DNA of 64,000 nt from Octopus vulgaris (taxonomy: Eukaryota). Every line of letters starts with the position of its first letter. Within the stretch, counting starts at the first letter, position 1. Where the stretch lies: the NCBI GenBank assembly GCA_951406725.2, contig OX597816.1, positions 62,620,001 through 62,684,000 of the forward strand, given 5' to 3'. The notes beneath the pieces were generated by a model. It ran no database searches, was not told the origin of the DNA, and worked only from the letters and a program-made list of their open reading frames with translations. Made by a program: the position numbers and the translations under genes. This document shows positions 25,805 through 39,650 of the stretch, in pieces.

Positions 25805-26492
25805 TTCTATAAGGATGCATGTGTATACACATGCGTGTGTTTATGGGTCTCTCTTTTCTGTGTGAGCATCCGCGCGTTTATGTTAAAAATAAATTGGTGG
25901 CATGACTCATTGAAGGTCTTATATGTCGTTTCCAAGGTAACATCACGATTCAGTGTTTTGACAAACCTCTACGTTGAAATAATTTTCATTATTGATCTGA
26001 TAACAAGGCATCATAAAGTAGGACGACTTTAAGACTTCTTTAAGAATACATGTAATACATGCATAAACACATACACATACATACATACATACATACATAA
26101 ATACATACATACATACATGCATACATACATACATATATATATATACATATATATACATACATACATATATATAAATGTGTGTGTATACATACACACACAC
26201 GCGCGTGCATACGTTTACATATGTGCATCTGTTGGTAGTAATATATGAGTGAGAGCACTCAATCTATACCATAGAGTATAGTCATTGTTTGGCTAGAACC
26301 ATAGAAGTTTGTTACACGTATGTTTTTCCGTCTAATACTGTTCCATCAGATACCCCCAATGGAGTGAAGATATCAACAAAGGATATTAAGTATAGGTGGG
26401 CGAAATACAAATCCTATTTTCAGAGCAGTGTTCTTGTACATCTATGGAGATTCTAACGAGTGGACTGTGGTATGCTGTAAATATATATACAG

Positions 26493-26600
26493 ATACTAGC
26501 TACGGCGGTAGATATTCTAAAATTAGAACGATACAGAGAAGATTAGCATAGCCCCTACGCAAGGATGACACGCAAATTCGTGAAGCATTCCATATTTTTT
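26493..26600 (+). pseudogene. U6: U6 snRNA full-length copy, probably a pseudogene
   Basis: ctaaaattagaacgatACAGAGAagattAGCatagcccctacgcaaggatgacacgcaaattcgtgaagcattccatattttt is colinear with metazoan U6. Several G>A changes, including in the internal stem-loop, and a damaged 5' stem. Confidence 0.93.
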
Positions 26601-26604
26601 CATA

Positions 26605-27020
26605 GGCGTAAGAGTGGCTGTGTGGCAAGTAGCTTGCTTACGAACCTCATGGTTCCGGGTACAGTCCCACTGCGTGGCACCTTGGGCAAGTGTCTTCTAC
26701 TATAGCCTCGGGCCGACCAAACCCTTGTGAGTGGATTTGGTAGACGGAAACTGAGAAAAAGCCGTCGTATATATGTATATGTATATATATGTGTGTGTGC
26801 GTGTGTATGTTTGTTCCCCCCCCCCCCAACATCGCTTGACAACCGATGCTGGTCTGTTTACCTCCCCGTAACTTAGCGGTCCGGAAAAAGTGACAGATAG
26901 AATAAGTACTATGCTTACAAAGAATAAGTTCCGGGTCGATTTGGTCGACTAAAGGCGGTACTCCAGCATGGCCACAGTCAAACGACTGAAACAAATAAAA
27001 GAGTAAAAGTGTAAAAGAGT
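26605..27020 (+). mobile_element. SINE family A, full length, starting 4 nt after the U6 oligo-T
   Basis: Colinear with 6071-6493. Confidence 0.9.
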
Positions 27021-27577
27021 ATATATATTTGTATATTATAAACCCAGGACCAGGGAGGATAATCTCCCACCTTACTGTACAACAAAGAAAAATAGATGTA
27101 ATCGGCTAATGGTTGAAATATAATGAAATATGTACACATTAATGTCATACTGAGTAGATTTATTTTGCTTAAACGGTTTTTTTTTTGCATGTGGTAATTC
27201 GTCCCGTGAAAGTCTGTTTAATGCTTTGAGTGTTAAAAAAAAACACTATATCTCACAAAGAGGTGCAAAAAATCAACTTGCAGGTGAATGAGAATAGTGG
27301 ATATGGATATATCTTTATAATTTCAGTACAGTATTTTCGTGTCACTTTCGAAACTAATTCGAAACTAACCGCATGAGGTAAATACAGATAGCTTAAAATC
27401 TATCTGCCAGTGTGCTACAAGGTAAACTAGATAAAATTTCGTGTTATAAGCAGCTCTAATAATGTAAACGCTATAAATTTCTCATAATCAATGTGCATAT
27501 CAGCAGATAGGTCTCTATGCTAACTGTATAAATATCAGACCAACGATTTGAATTCGTTCCAAATGTAACACTAGTGT

Positions 27578-27624
27578 ATAGTGCTGATGAGCTGAAGTAA
27601 CAGCGAAATATCGTTATCTACTAT
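27578..27624 (+). ncRNA. Compact type I hammerhead ribozyme, intact core
   Basis: atagtg CTGATGA gctg-aagtaa-cagc GAAA ta-tcgt-ta TC tactat: all three stems pair; AUC site after 27618. Confidence 0.85.
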
Positions 27625-28277
27625 TCTCTTTCACCTGCGGAGCAATTCACTTCACGTGGTCTTGCGGTATACATTTTTAAAGCTTCGCCTCCTGAAAGCG
27701 TTAAACAAAATACATAAAGTAGGCGACATCAATAATGCTAATATAATTAGAGCTCCTTCTAACTCAATATTTGATAATGAAATTTAAGTAAGCAGATTAA
27801 AGTTAAAGTATTGAATATGAATATGATATTTATGTTTTATATACAATATTTTGCTCACAGACAGCGTAATGAGATTGTGTGCGACTACAGAAATACCAAA
27901 CACACCGAATGCATGAACACCTTGACCAGAGTTGCTGTCTTACATACAGTCTTACAATCTGGGATACATATATATCGTTGCTATTATGTTAAACTGTCGT
28001 ATGTCCAAATTTGGCCAAATGCGGTTTCTTAAATATTTATTTTTGCTTGTAATAGCCGGTTCTTTTGGTCAAACTATCATATCTCCAGCTGATTCAGGTG
28101 CCAATATATCAAACATTGTCAAAGCGTAGTACAACGGTTTTGCTATGGAATAGTATAATTTTTTTTTCGTTTTCTGAAAAAGCAAATTTTTGGACTAACG
28201 ACACTTTTGCATAATAGCAACGCCATATGCATCTGTGTGTGTGTTTGTGCGGATACCCACATACATACATATGTATA

Positions 28278-28336
<59 letters not shown>

Positions 28337-28496
28337 TAGATAGATAGATGTACATATATAAATGTATATATATATATATATATTGTATATATGTGTGTGT
28401 GTGTGTGTGAGTGTGTGTCTGTGCATACACAAATATATATGCATATATATACGCATATATATAAGTATATATATGTACATATATATATATATATGA

Positions 28497-28583
<87 letters not shown>

Positions 28584-29288
28584 CGTGTGTGTGTATGTGT
28601 CTGTGTGTTTGTGTTTGTTAGAGAGACCGTCTATAAAATCAGTGATGCAGCTGAGCTGAAGGCATATTTCATGATTAGATCAATATATTGAAATATTGGT
28701 TATTGATTACTCATTTAATTATTGTATTTTACTGGCAGATAAAACAGACAACTGTAAAATAGACCACTGCTGCCGTCCAAAAATTCTCAGTGATACGCAG
28801 CCGCTCTGCAATTAGTCGAAATATTTAACGAACAAACTGCCAAGTCATTGTATTCAGTCGTACCATTCTTGGCTTACAACAGAGGAACGTTTGCAAATTA
28901 AATTTCTCTTTGACGCCTCTTTGGTTATCATATTTCATTATATTTGTATATGTCCCGTTCCTTTTTATTCCCTTGTCATTCGCGATAGGTGTGCGCTGAA
29001 GTATAATAGTTAATTATGGTATACTAATTTTGATACATATTTACTTCCCCCGCATACATATATACTGAGTTTGGATGTCTAGATTAAGGTGTATTTCATA
29101 ACTGACATAGTTGTTCAAAGCTAAATAATATATTTTGCATTTTACGTTCTGAATTCTTCTGGGACTACACTTGTGTCAACTGTAATACCACAAAGAATAA
29201 AGGCACTGCACTATAGGATAGAGAGTTACTGCATGTATACAAACTTTATCTTCTGTGCAAAATCTTGCCTAGTTTTGTACACTAGATC

Positions 29289-29355
<67 letters not shown>

Positions 29356-29567
29356 AATGTTTGTGATTAATCTATATGTTTGTTATTTTTTATTTGTCTT
29401 GCTCGCTTACGTTTCTGGTGTACTAAATTTCCTGGAGAACAATTCTTAGTGGTTGAGACCATAGCGGATCTTCTTTTAGCATAAGGGTTTCCACATAGTG
29501 GTTAAAAAATTCCCTCTTATATTTATATATTTATTTACATATATATATATAGAGAGAGAGATTCAGA

Positions 29568-29627
<60 letters not shown>

Positions 29628-29725
29628 ATAAAACTTACTTGGAAAAGGATGCGTGGAGTTTGATCATATAATAATATAATTAATATATAAAGATATGCAT
29701 ATATATATACATATATGTACATACC

Positions 29726-29776
<51 letters not shown>

Positions 29777-29867
29777 GGTTATGTAATTGAGATTCTAGTG
29801 AATTCTAAAGAATTCACATGAATATGGTCCTTAACCAGGATGCACCGGATATCTATATGGTGTTAGC

Positions 29868-30477
29868 CACTACAATATAAGGCTGTCATTTTTGCTTCTC
29901 ATTCGGACTCCCTGATATTTTCGCATGATTGTACCTTAAATCCCTCCACAAAACTGGATTACGAACTATAAGGACATACACAAATTTTGTAAGTTCAAGA
30001 CTTTTTCATCAGATCTCCAAAAAAATCGAACTTATCTGCGATTCTTGTTAATTTCAATAACAATCTGTTATTCTTCTACACGACATGACAGTCACTATGT
30101 TTTTACTCAGACTTTCCTCTACATGATGTGGCAGTCACTTTGCCTCTTACTCGGATTTTCAGAAATTTTGCATGACTGTATCCGAAAATTTCTTCATACA
30201 ACTTGATCAAATATCCAATATGAGCTATATGTAGACATGCATAAATTCTATAGGTTTAAAACCTTTCATCAGATCTCCATGAATCGAACTCTCTTCAATG
30301 CAGTTAATCCTACAACCTCTTTTATATCTACCCCTTTTGATGTTTGGGAATTCTCTGATATTTTTTCGCCTGACGAGTACGAGCCATCTGTATTCACTGC
30401 ATTTTTTGTAGCTTATTAAAGATGTCCTAGTACGAAACGATCGTACCGAGATTTTAATCCATTCTTGTTGCTTTTTT

Positions 30478-30480
<3 letters not shown>
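29868..30480 (+). mobile_element. Hammerhead-bearing island, inverted paralogue of 1893-2503
   Basis: Near-identical reverse complement; ends in (TA)n at the same position. Confidence 0.75.
30364..30451 (+). ncRNA. Type I hammerhead ribozyme, intact core
   Basis: tttcgc CTGACGA gtacgag...ctagtac GAAA cgatcg TA ccgaga; one mismatch each in stems I and II compared with the 1922-2009 copy. Confidence 0.8.
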
Positions 30481-30541
<61 letters not shown>

Positions 30542-30906
30542 CATGCATATATGGATGCACCATATCAAAAAGTCTTTGAACACAAAGAGAACAAAACAGT
30601 ACAAACAAACGATGACGGCTGTTAAGCCAAGACGATGGAAAAATTATTCTGAACGTTTAAAGAGACGAGCTTATGAAGAGACAGTATAAGCCGTTTAGTC
30701 TTTGCGGAAGTAGTTGTCAGAAAGGTAGATTCCCTCTCGACACATGTCGCTTGACAACCGATGCTGGTGTGTTTACGTCCCCGTAACTTAGTGGTTCGGC
30801 AAAAGAGACCGATAGAATAAGTACTAGGCTTACAAAGAATAAGTCCTGCGTGGGATTTGCTCGACTAAATGCGGTGCTCCAGCATGGCCACAGTCAAATG
30901 ACTAAA

Positions 30907-30939
<33 letters not shown>

Positions 30940-31941
30940 AATATTACAGATAAATTTCTCTATTTACATAATATCTCGGTCTCTCATTCTTTTGTTGTCT
31001 TACCATTTTTATCAATAATATATGTATATATATATATATATGATGTATGTATGTATGTATTTATATATGTATGTATATATACATATATATATACATATGT
31101 ATATATATATGACATATATACATGTATATTACATATTAATATACATATATTACATATACATATACATACATCTACATATATATATGTGCGTGTGTGTGTA
31201 TGTGTATGTGTGTGTATGTCGTGTCTACATCAGCACTGAGATAGTAATTTTGGAATATTAGTAGATTCCGAGACTGTGAACTGTTATAGAATTTTACATT
31301 GTGATTATCTTATTTCTAGCATTGAGTTCACATTTTTTCATAATATTCGTCTGAATCTTAACAGTACTGTTTTCTAATTTTCTCCTTTATTTCTGTGTTT
31401 TGTGTTTTATCAGTATCATCTACTCCAATGTATTTATAAGGGTGGTTCTGGTCTGATTTTCTGATTTCACTGTCTGAATCTATTTATGTTATCTTGGTTT
31501 TAATTAAATTGTGTCTACATTAGAAATCATTATTATCGTTTTCTCTACAACTTAGTAAAGGCGGGAAGAAAATACGTCCGTATATATGTACGTACATACA
31601 TATATACGTGTAGAAATACGAACATACACACACAAACAAACATACACCCTATACATCTACATGTGCACACATATATACGTATCCATATACATAAGTATGT
31701 TTGAATACAAATACGAATACAGGCACATACTCGTTAGAACAATGGACTGTGTACTGCCATACGCGCTGGAACTAAAGAAAACAATATACGTCACCCACAA
31801 TCTGATTTTCAATCAGTAAAGTAACCAAAATGGCGCCTGAGGATGTTAAACGTAAATGAATTTTTTTTTCCTACCATCAAAATATTCTTCTGTTCACCCA
31901 AAGAAGGGATTTCTGAGGTAGGAGTAGCGGCACCGACATTA

Positions 31942-31992
<51 letters not shown>

Positions 31993-32030
31993 GACTACTA
32001 CTACTACTACTAATAATAATAATAATAATA
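31942..32030 (+). repeat. (TAC)n(TAA)n compound microsatellite
   Basis: Direct inspection. Confidence 0.95.
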
Positions 32031-32599
32031 ACAAGAATGATAACACTCGCAGTATTTCTTGTTGATGTCGTTATTGTTGCCGTTGCCTTGTTGTTTTTGT
32101 TGTTTTAGCATTTGTTGTCATAGTATTTAGCTGATGTTTAACCCCACCCAAATCATCCACGATGGAACATAACTATAACCAACGGCGTTCCATTTATAAT
32201 GCCCTCATCATATTTCCAGACATAGTATATGTAGAAAGTCTCATTGCAGACGTTCTTCCTGTTTCTATATTTTAAGACGGCGGGATGGGTTTTGTGGTAG
32301 ATTTGACTGTTATTTCTAGGAGATTTCAATTCATTTCAATACTGGCAGTGAAACTTGTGTTTATAGGCTCATATAAGCCTATTTGTAAATTGAGACCCAA
32401 TGGAGCAAATAGACGAACTGCTCTGGGACGAAACTAAATAACATTTTATCAACGGATACATGATAGCTTTTCATCTTACCTCTAAGTAAAGATGACCAAC
32501 TCTGCATAAGACATTTCTTCCGTGTAACCACAAGGACACGTGATAAGAAGTCAGTTAATTTCTTTCTTTTCTTCTTTCATTTTCCCCACGCATAAACAC

Positions 32600-32835
32600 T
32601 TTACTCCTTACTCTTTTACTTGTTTCAGTCATTTGACTGTGGCCATGCTGTAGCACCGCCTTTAGTCAAGCAAATCGACCCCAGGACATATTCTTTGGAA
32701 GCCCAGCACTTATTCTATCGGTCTCTTTTGCCGAACCGTTATGTTATGGGGACGTAAACACACCAGCATCGGTTGTCAAGCGATGTTGGTGGGGGACAAA
32801 CATAGACACACAATCATATACACATACATACATAC

Positions 32836-32870
<35 letters not shown>

Positions 32871-33033
32871 CGACGGGCTTCTTTCAGTTTCCGTCTACCA
32901 AATCCATTCACAAGGTTTTGGTCTGCCCGAGGCTATAGTAGAAGACACTTGCCCAAGGTGCCACGCAGAGGGAATGAAACCGGAACCATGTGGTTGGTAA
33001 GCAAGCCGCTTACCACACAGCCACTCCTGCACC
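32600..33033 (-). mobile_element. SINE family A, full length
   Basis: Reverse complement of the family A pattern seen at 6071. Confidence 0.9.
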
Positions 33034-33209
33034 TAGAGCAAATTTTTTATCTATGATTGTCTCTGCAGTATTAACCTTTGCTCTAGGAAGGTATTAGCGT
33101 CAGGATTATCAACGTGAACATTGGAAAATACTGGAAGACAGATTCAGTACCGAATCTTTTCGTGATAATGTGTCCTTTATAAAATGCTTGCCAAATGTAT
33201 TTCAAACGA

Positions 33210-33630
33210 AAGGCGGCGAGCTGGCAGAAACGATAGCACGCCGGGCGAAATACGTAGTCGTATTTCGTCTGCCGTTATGTTCTGAGTTCAAATTCTGCCG
33301 GGGTCGACTTTGCTTTCATCCTTTCGGGGTCGTTAAATTAAGTACCAGTTACGCACTGAGGTAGATATAATCGACTTAATCCGTTTGTCTGTTCTTGTTT
33401 GTCCTCTCTGTGTTTAGCCACTTGTGGGTAGTAAAGAAATAGGTATTTCGTCTGCCGTTACGTTCTGAGTTCGAAATCTGCTGACGTCGACTTTGCCTTT
33501 CATCCTTTCGGGGTCGATAAATTAAGTACCAGTTACGCACTGGGGTCGATTTAATCGATTTAATCCGTTTGTCTGTTCTTGTTAGTCCTCTCCGTGTTTA
33601 GCCCCTTGTGGGTAGTAAAGAAATAGGTAT
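33210..33630 (+). mobile_element. SINE family B, dimeric
   Basis: Roughly 185-bp body repeated twice. Confidence 0.87.
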
Positions 33631-35000
33631 TTCAAACGATACGCTAGCATTTTTATTTAAACATCATACGAAACATATTTAATGTTTAACAGTTCTGTAT
33701 GGGGTAGTTGAAGTTAAGTAGATCACTTTGGAACCAAATGTTTTCGGGTACATGGCAACTTAGCTTAGTGACTTCTACTCTAGTCCCAATCGGACCATTT
33801 TATGCGTAAATATAATAGGCGGGAATTGTGTGGAAGCACTCATACATATGCAACCGGTGCGGGTTTGATTACGTTTCCGTAGCATAGCAGTTTCGTCAGA
33901 TGAGATCGGTATAATAAGTGCAGGACGTACAGAAAGAAATATGTATTGTAGTCGATTTGGTCGACTAAACTATCAAAGGTAGTGCCCCAGAATGACCGCA
34001 GTCCAATAACTAAAACAAGTACAAAGAAAACAAAAAGATGGAATAGATTTTAAAAACAAAACAGAAAAACCAGGATATTCATGTTTGGAACGCCATATCT
34101 CCATGAAATCATAATACAACGTTTTAGTATATAATGTCTATGGTACACACGAAGACGCACAGACGAGACAGTCACGGCTCGAAGGCTTTTTGATCAAAAG
34201 TCTCTTCGATCAGGGTTGAAGGAGACAAAACAGCAACAAATACAAGAATTCACTTAGTAAGTTCTCACGCAACAATCCTCCAGACGGTGGTTTTTTCTTC
34301 TTCTTTTTCTGTTTCATGTTTGTATTTCTTGTTCTGATGGCTTGTGGGCTTTTTTTTTATACATTATTTTGTCTGTTATTGCTTTTGTAGCTACTAAAAA
34401 CTATGTAATCGCATCTATGTTAAAGAAATGACAGTTTTATTTGTCAGGGTTTTTTTTTAATATTTGTTTCGTTTTGTTTTATTTCGTTGCTGTCTGCCGC
34501 CGTAAATTTGTTATTTTTAGTTTCTGTGTCAAATGTTAGGAAGTTTCTGGGTCAGAGGATTAACAGAAGCCTGCTGTTGTTTTGGTTATAAGCCAAATGT
34601 AGATCGTGTGTTGGAGATGTTAGAAATATGTCTGACACGTCTGAAAGGCAATAGATGTGTGTATATAAACTCTTGTCATATATCTCGGGTCTCGGTAGGA
34701 AAATAAACAAATAGTTCGTTTCGAATCACACCGATTGCCGGTCACAGTTGTTGTTTGTTGTTGTTGTTGATGATAATGATGATGATGATGATGGTGATGA
34801 TAATGAAATATGTAATTGTTGTTGATGTTATTTTTGGTCTCACCTCAAATCTGATGAGCAGTTATTTGATTGAAGATATTTCAACTCTGACATTCCCATC
34901 TTGATTGTTTTTTTTTTTTCATAAGCGATACGCCCTATCTAACAGAAATACATCATCAAATACATCAATTTCTCATTTAGATTCACAGATCCGAACAAAG

Positions 35001-35047
35001 CTTTCGCTGAAAAGACAAAATCAGGTCGAAACACCGGTGTCTTAGAG
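35001..35047 (+). ncRNA. Hammerhead motif with a G8>A core change
   Basis: ctttcg CTGAAAA gac-aaaatcag-gtc GAAA caccggtg TC ttagag; palindromic stem III, GUC site. Confidence 0.6.
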
Positions 35048-35114
35048 TCCGCTACGTCACGGAATCGAGAATGTCGGCAATATAAAACATATGAGAGGTC
35101 GCATGCGGACAGAT

Positions 35115-35310
35115 TCCTTAGCACGGTGAGCAGATTGCTTAGTGGTATTATTTCGTCCGTCATTACGTTGTGAGTTCAAATTATGGCGAGGTCGACTTTG
35201 GTTTTCATCCTTTCAAAGTCGATAACATATGTACCAGTTGAGTATGGGGATCTCTGTAATCGTCTTACGCCCTCCCCGAACTTGCTGGCCTTGTGCCCAA
35301 ATTTGAAACC
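35115..35310 (+). mobile_element. SINE family B, diverged
   Basis: aggtcgactttggttttcatcctttc domain and tail. Confidence 0.75.
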
Positions 35311-36916
35311 TATATAAAACATTTGAAGAGAGTTGTTCTTCAGACGCGTAATGCAACCACTATTCTAGCATACTCACAGCTAAATATGAAGATACTTATT
35401 AAGAATGATTATGTACATCGTTGCATTATCTAAAGCAATTCTTCTTTTTGTAAAGATTGAATTGCGAGTGATTTTGGGGAGGGAGATTTGGCTGCTATTT
35501 TTAGCAGTGCAAAGAACCAGGTAAATAGAATCTCTCCTATCATCAGTTGCTGGTTGTTACAGATTGTCTATGAAGTCAAGGCCGATGCAAACAATTCGTG
35601 TAGTACTCCACAAATACTACATTATTTCCAGATGTCCTTCAATAAAATAGTGTTCTGCTGGAAGTCAATTGGTTTAATATTATTTCTATTATAAAGATAC
35701 AATAAAGCTAAAACAAATGATTTACATTTTAATGATTTGCAGGAATATTTGCCAAGATGTTTAATTAAATAAAAAAAAAAGAGAAAAGAAATTACGGAGC
35801 ATTTGTGAAGTTAATCATTTTAAATTCTACACACATCTCATTAAATCCAAAAGACGAGAAGATTGCTTCAATTAGAACTAATTCTCTCTTATCTACTTTA
35901 CTTAGATCCTAAATAATAATTAAATACATGATAAATATGTGTAGTAATATATACAAATTGCTTAATTATCAGTAATATTGATTGGGGATATAATTGATTG
36001 CTTTACTTTTAAAGTTTCAGAATAAAAGTATAATTATCGAACAGCTGGAATCGATGATCTACTTTTATTCCCGATATCGTTTTAGGAGTGAGGATGGGGA
36101 AGGATGCATTTGTCCAGAGAGAAAAGTCATCGCAAAATTGGTAGAGCGTCGGACAAAATGCCATGCAATATTTAGTTACATATTTTTACATTCAGACTTC
36201 AAACTAGAGAAATTACACTTTGTCTCACATGCTACATGGGGTTAATAAATATATTTCTTCGTATATTTATGAATCAGTCACTCACTATTCCATCCTGGCT
36301 ATACAAAGTTAGCAATCTAAACCTCGGATATAGTGGTATGCTTACCACTATATCCGAGGTTTAGATTGCTCTCCAGGCTCTTCTATTATAGTGCTCCGCA
36401 ACCTGTATGCTGCGGCACACTGGTGCGCCACGAGACGATGCTAGGTGTGCCAAAGAATATAATTTTATTCCCTTTACTTTTAGTTATATTTATAGTTCAG
36501 GTTGTCGCGGTATTTTGAAAAGTGTTTAAGTGTACCGCAACTGAAAAAAGTTTCCGGAGCAGCATTCTACCGCTTCTCTATAAATTATCTTTACAACATC
36601 AACAGTTTATAACCGCGTGCAACCAGTCGAATCCACGTGGAAATACTCTGATGTTTCTAATAAGCTTTATATGTTTATCATTTTATTCTTTTATTCGTTT
36701 CAACCATACGGCTGCGGTCATAGTGGAGCACTATCATTTGCTTTTCTTTTCAACAAACGCTGCTGAGTTATACTAAATTTTAAATTTTTCTTATGAATTT
36801 TTCAAAATGTAAACGTAATTTAAGTACACACAGTATAATGATCTAGTCCTGTTGAATAAATCAAACCATACCTCACATCCTTCTCGGAGATTGTTTTTAT
36901 CATAGTATAATTTATT

Positions 36917-37386
36917 AAGGTGGCGAGCTGGCAGAATCGTTAGCACGCCTGGCGAAATGCTTAGCCGTATTTCGTCTGTCGTTACGCTGTGAGTCGGGGT
37001 CGATTAAATAAGTACCAGTTATGCACTGGAGTCGATGTAATCGACTTAATCCGTTTGTCTGTCCTTGCTTGTCCTCTCTGTGTTTAGCCCCTACGTTCTG
37101 AGTTCAAATTCCGCCGAGGTCGACTTTGCCTTTCATCCTTTCGGGGTCGATTAAATAAGTACCAGTTACTCACTGTGGTCGATATAATCGACTTAATCCG
37201 TGTGGGTAGTAAAGAAAAAGGTATTTCGTCTGTCTTTACTTTCCCAGTTCAAATTCGCTCGAGGTTGACTTTGCCTTTCATCCTTTCGGGGTCGATAAAT
37301 TAAGAATCAGTTGTGTAATGGGGTCTATCTAATCGACTGGCCTCCTCACCCAGAATTTCGGGCCTTGTGCGTAGAGTTGAAAAGAA
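36917..37386 (+). mobile_element. SINE family B, rearranged multimer
   Basis: Three partial body units in tandem. Confidence 0.85.
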
Positions 37387-37567
37387 CATTATAATTTATC
37401 ATAACACAATAATTCATTAAAATATAAAATGTATAAATATTGTTATCATATACACTCGCAGATTTATTTATTTTATTTTATCTGTTTTTTTAGTTTTTGA
37501 TTTGAAGTATTTTCCGACCAGAACGAAAACAATCAGCGTTATATAAACGGCAAGGAAACTTCTTACT

Positions 37568-37956
37568 GGTGGTGGAAGCACTCCGTCGGTTACGACGACG
37601 AGGGTTCCGGTTGATCCGGATCAACGGAACAGCCTGCTCGTGAAATGAACGTGTAAGTGGCTGAGCACTCCACAGACACGTGTACCCTTAACGTAGTTCT
37701 CGGGGATTTTCAGCGTGACACAGAGAGTGACAAGGCCGGCCCTTTGAAATACAGGTACAACAGAAACAGGAAGTAAGAGTGAGAGAAAGTTGTGGTGAAA
37801 GAGTACAGCAGGGATCACCACCATCCCTGCCGGAGCCGCGTGGAGCTTTAGGTGTTTTCGCTCAATAAACACTCACAACGCCCGGTCTGGGAATCGAAAC
37901 CGCGATCCTATGACCGCGAGTCCGCTGCCCTAACCACTGGGCCATTGCGCCTCCAC
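37568..37956 (-). mobile_element. SINE with family C head and an alternative 3' half
   Basis: Perfect 12-bp TSD aaacttcttact at 37556-37567 and 37957-37968; head matches 12660-12845; 3' half unrelated to that copy. Confidence 0.9.
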
Positions 37957-38159
37957 AAACTTCTTACTATGGGGGTAATCAACCAAAAATGAGGAAGGGA
38001 GTTAATAAGAAACTTCTTAAGCATCGTAACTGATCAATCCAAGATTAAAAAGAGTAAACGTCGTATTTATCTGGGAAGCAAGAATAATGAGAAAAGCGAA
38101 AGGATTAGTAGAAGCAGATGAGTCCCTCAAATAGTTGCCTTGTAGTTGTAAAACAGATT

Positions 38160-38525
38160 TGTAGTTTTCCGGGTTCAATCCCACAGCGTGGCACCATAAA
38201 CAAGTATCTTCTACTATAACCTCTGGCTAACCAAATCCTTACAAGTAGATATGGCAGATGGAAACTGAAAGAAGCTCGTCGTGTCTGTCTGTGTATATAT
38301 ATGTGTGTATGTGTGTCCTTGCGTCTGTGTTTGTCCCCCGCCACGCTTCACAACCGATCTTGGCGTGTATACGTCCCCGTAACTGTAGCGGTACGGCAAA
38401 TGAAACCGCTAGAATAAGTTCTAGGCTTAAGAAATAAGTCCTGGGGCGATTTGTTTGAATAAAATCCTTCAAGGCGGTACTCCAGGATGGCCGCAGTCAA
38501 ATGACTGAAACAGGTAAAGAAGTAA
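38160..38525 (+). mobile_element. SINE family A, diverged
   Basis: Colinear with family A from the B box to the tail. Confidence 0.8.
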
Positions 38526-38763
38526 AATAATATATATATATTTCTTCATTTCAGACATCACTAATATTCTAAAATAGAAAAATGACCCAGCAGTTTGATG
38601 GCACCGACGTGAAATTTCTTGAATATGTTTAAGCAATGAAATGAACAACCATTTCTGTCTAATATTTTTTCAAGGCTTGTTCATTAATCAAAAATAAAGC
38701 AAAAAACGAAGATAAAATACAAGAAAAAACAACGCGAGTACGCTCAGGAAGAAAAAAATGTTA

Positions 38764-38798
38764 GTTTTATGTTTCGAGCAAAGCTGTTCTTCAGAAAC
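38764..38798 (-). ncRNA. Minimal hammerhead motif lacking helix III
   Basis: gttt CTGAAGA a cagc-ttt-gctc GAAA ca TA aaac. Confidence 0.55.
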
Positions 38799-39239
38799 AG
38801 GAGACAGAGGAAAGTCCAAGAGAAAAGGAAGAGGGAGGAAAAAAATCGACAACGATCGACCTTTAATTAATGGTTGTTGCTACCTGAATGTGGTTGTTCC
38901 GTAGAGAACGATGTTACTACTCTTTTCAACCGCAGGTGGACTCCTGTGATTGAAAAGGGTAGTTACATTGGAAACGTTGCCTAAGTATGTAACGGTTTGC
39001 AGCAGCTCCAAATTTTACTGGCTTTCATTGCTCATTCGGGAAGCCTTAAATTATGGTAGAAATTCATTGCATACGGTATTCGAACACGAAAATATGTTGT
39101 TGTGAAACGAGTGTCTTAACCACACAGGCTTGCTTCGATCCACCACGTTCATTTCAAGTGCGATTTTAGTTGGCAGAAGTTCAAATTCTTTGGAGTAACA
39201 TTGGAATACAAGTAATTATGCAGATTTTACATAAATATT

Positions 39240-39650
39240 GATTTCAAATTTTGGCACAAGGCCAGCAGTTTCGTAATGGGGAAACGTCGATTGCATTGGC
39301 CTAAGTATTCAACTGGCATCTATTTTATCGATTCCGAAAGGATGAAAGGCAACGTTGAGACGGACGAAATGTCGCTAAGCATTTAGCCCGGCACGGTAAC
39401 CAACCTGACAGTTGGCCACCTCGTTTTAGGCAAGTCTTTGATTTCATATTTTGGAACTAGGGCAGCAATTTTTGAGGAGGGGACAAGTCGATTGCATCGA
39501 CTCCAGTTCTCAACTGATAATTAATTTATCGATTCCGAAAAGATGGAAAGCAAATTTGGACTCACAAAAATTTGAACTCAGTACGTAAAAAGGGAATAAA
39601 TATCGCTAAGCATTTTGCCCGGTGAGTTAACAACTCTGCCAGTTTTCCGC
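39240..39650 (-). mobile_element. Two diverged family B SINEs in tandem
   Basis: ttatcgattccgaaaggatgaaaggc-like motif occurs twice. Confidence 0.7.
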
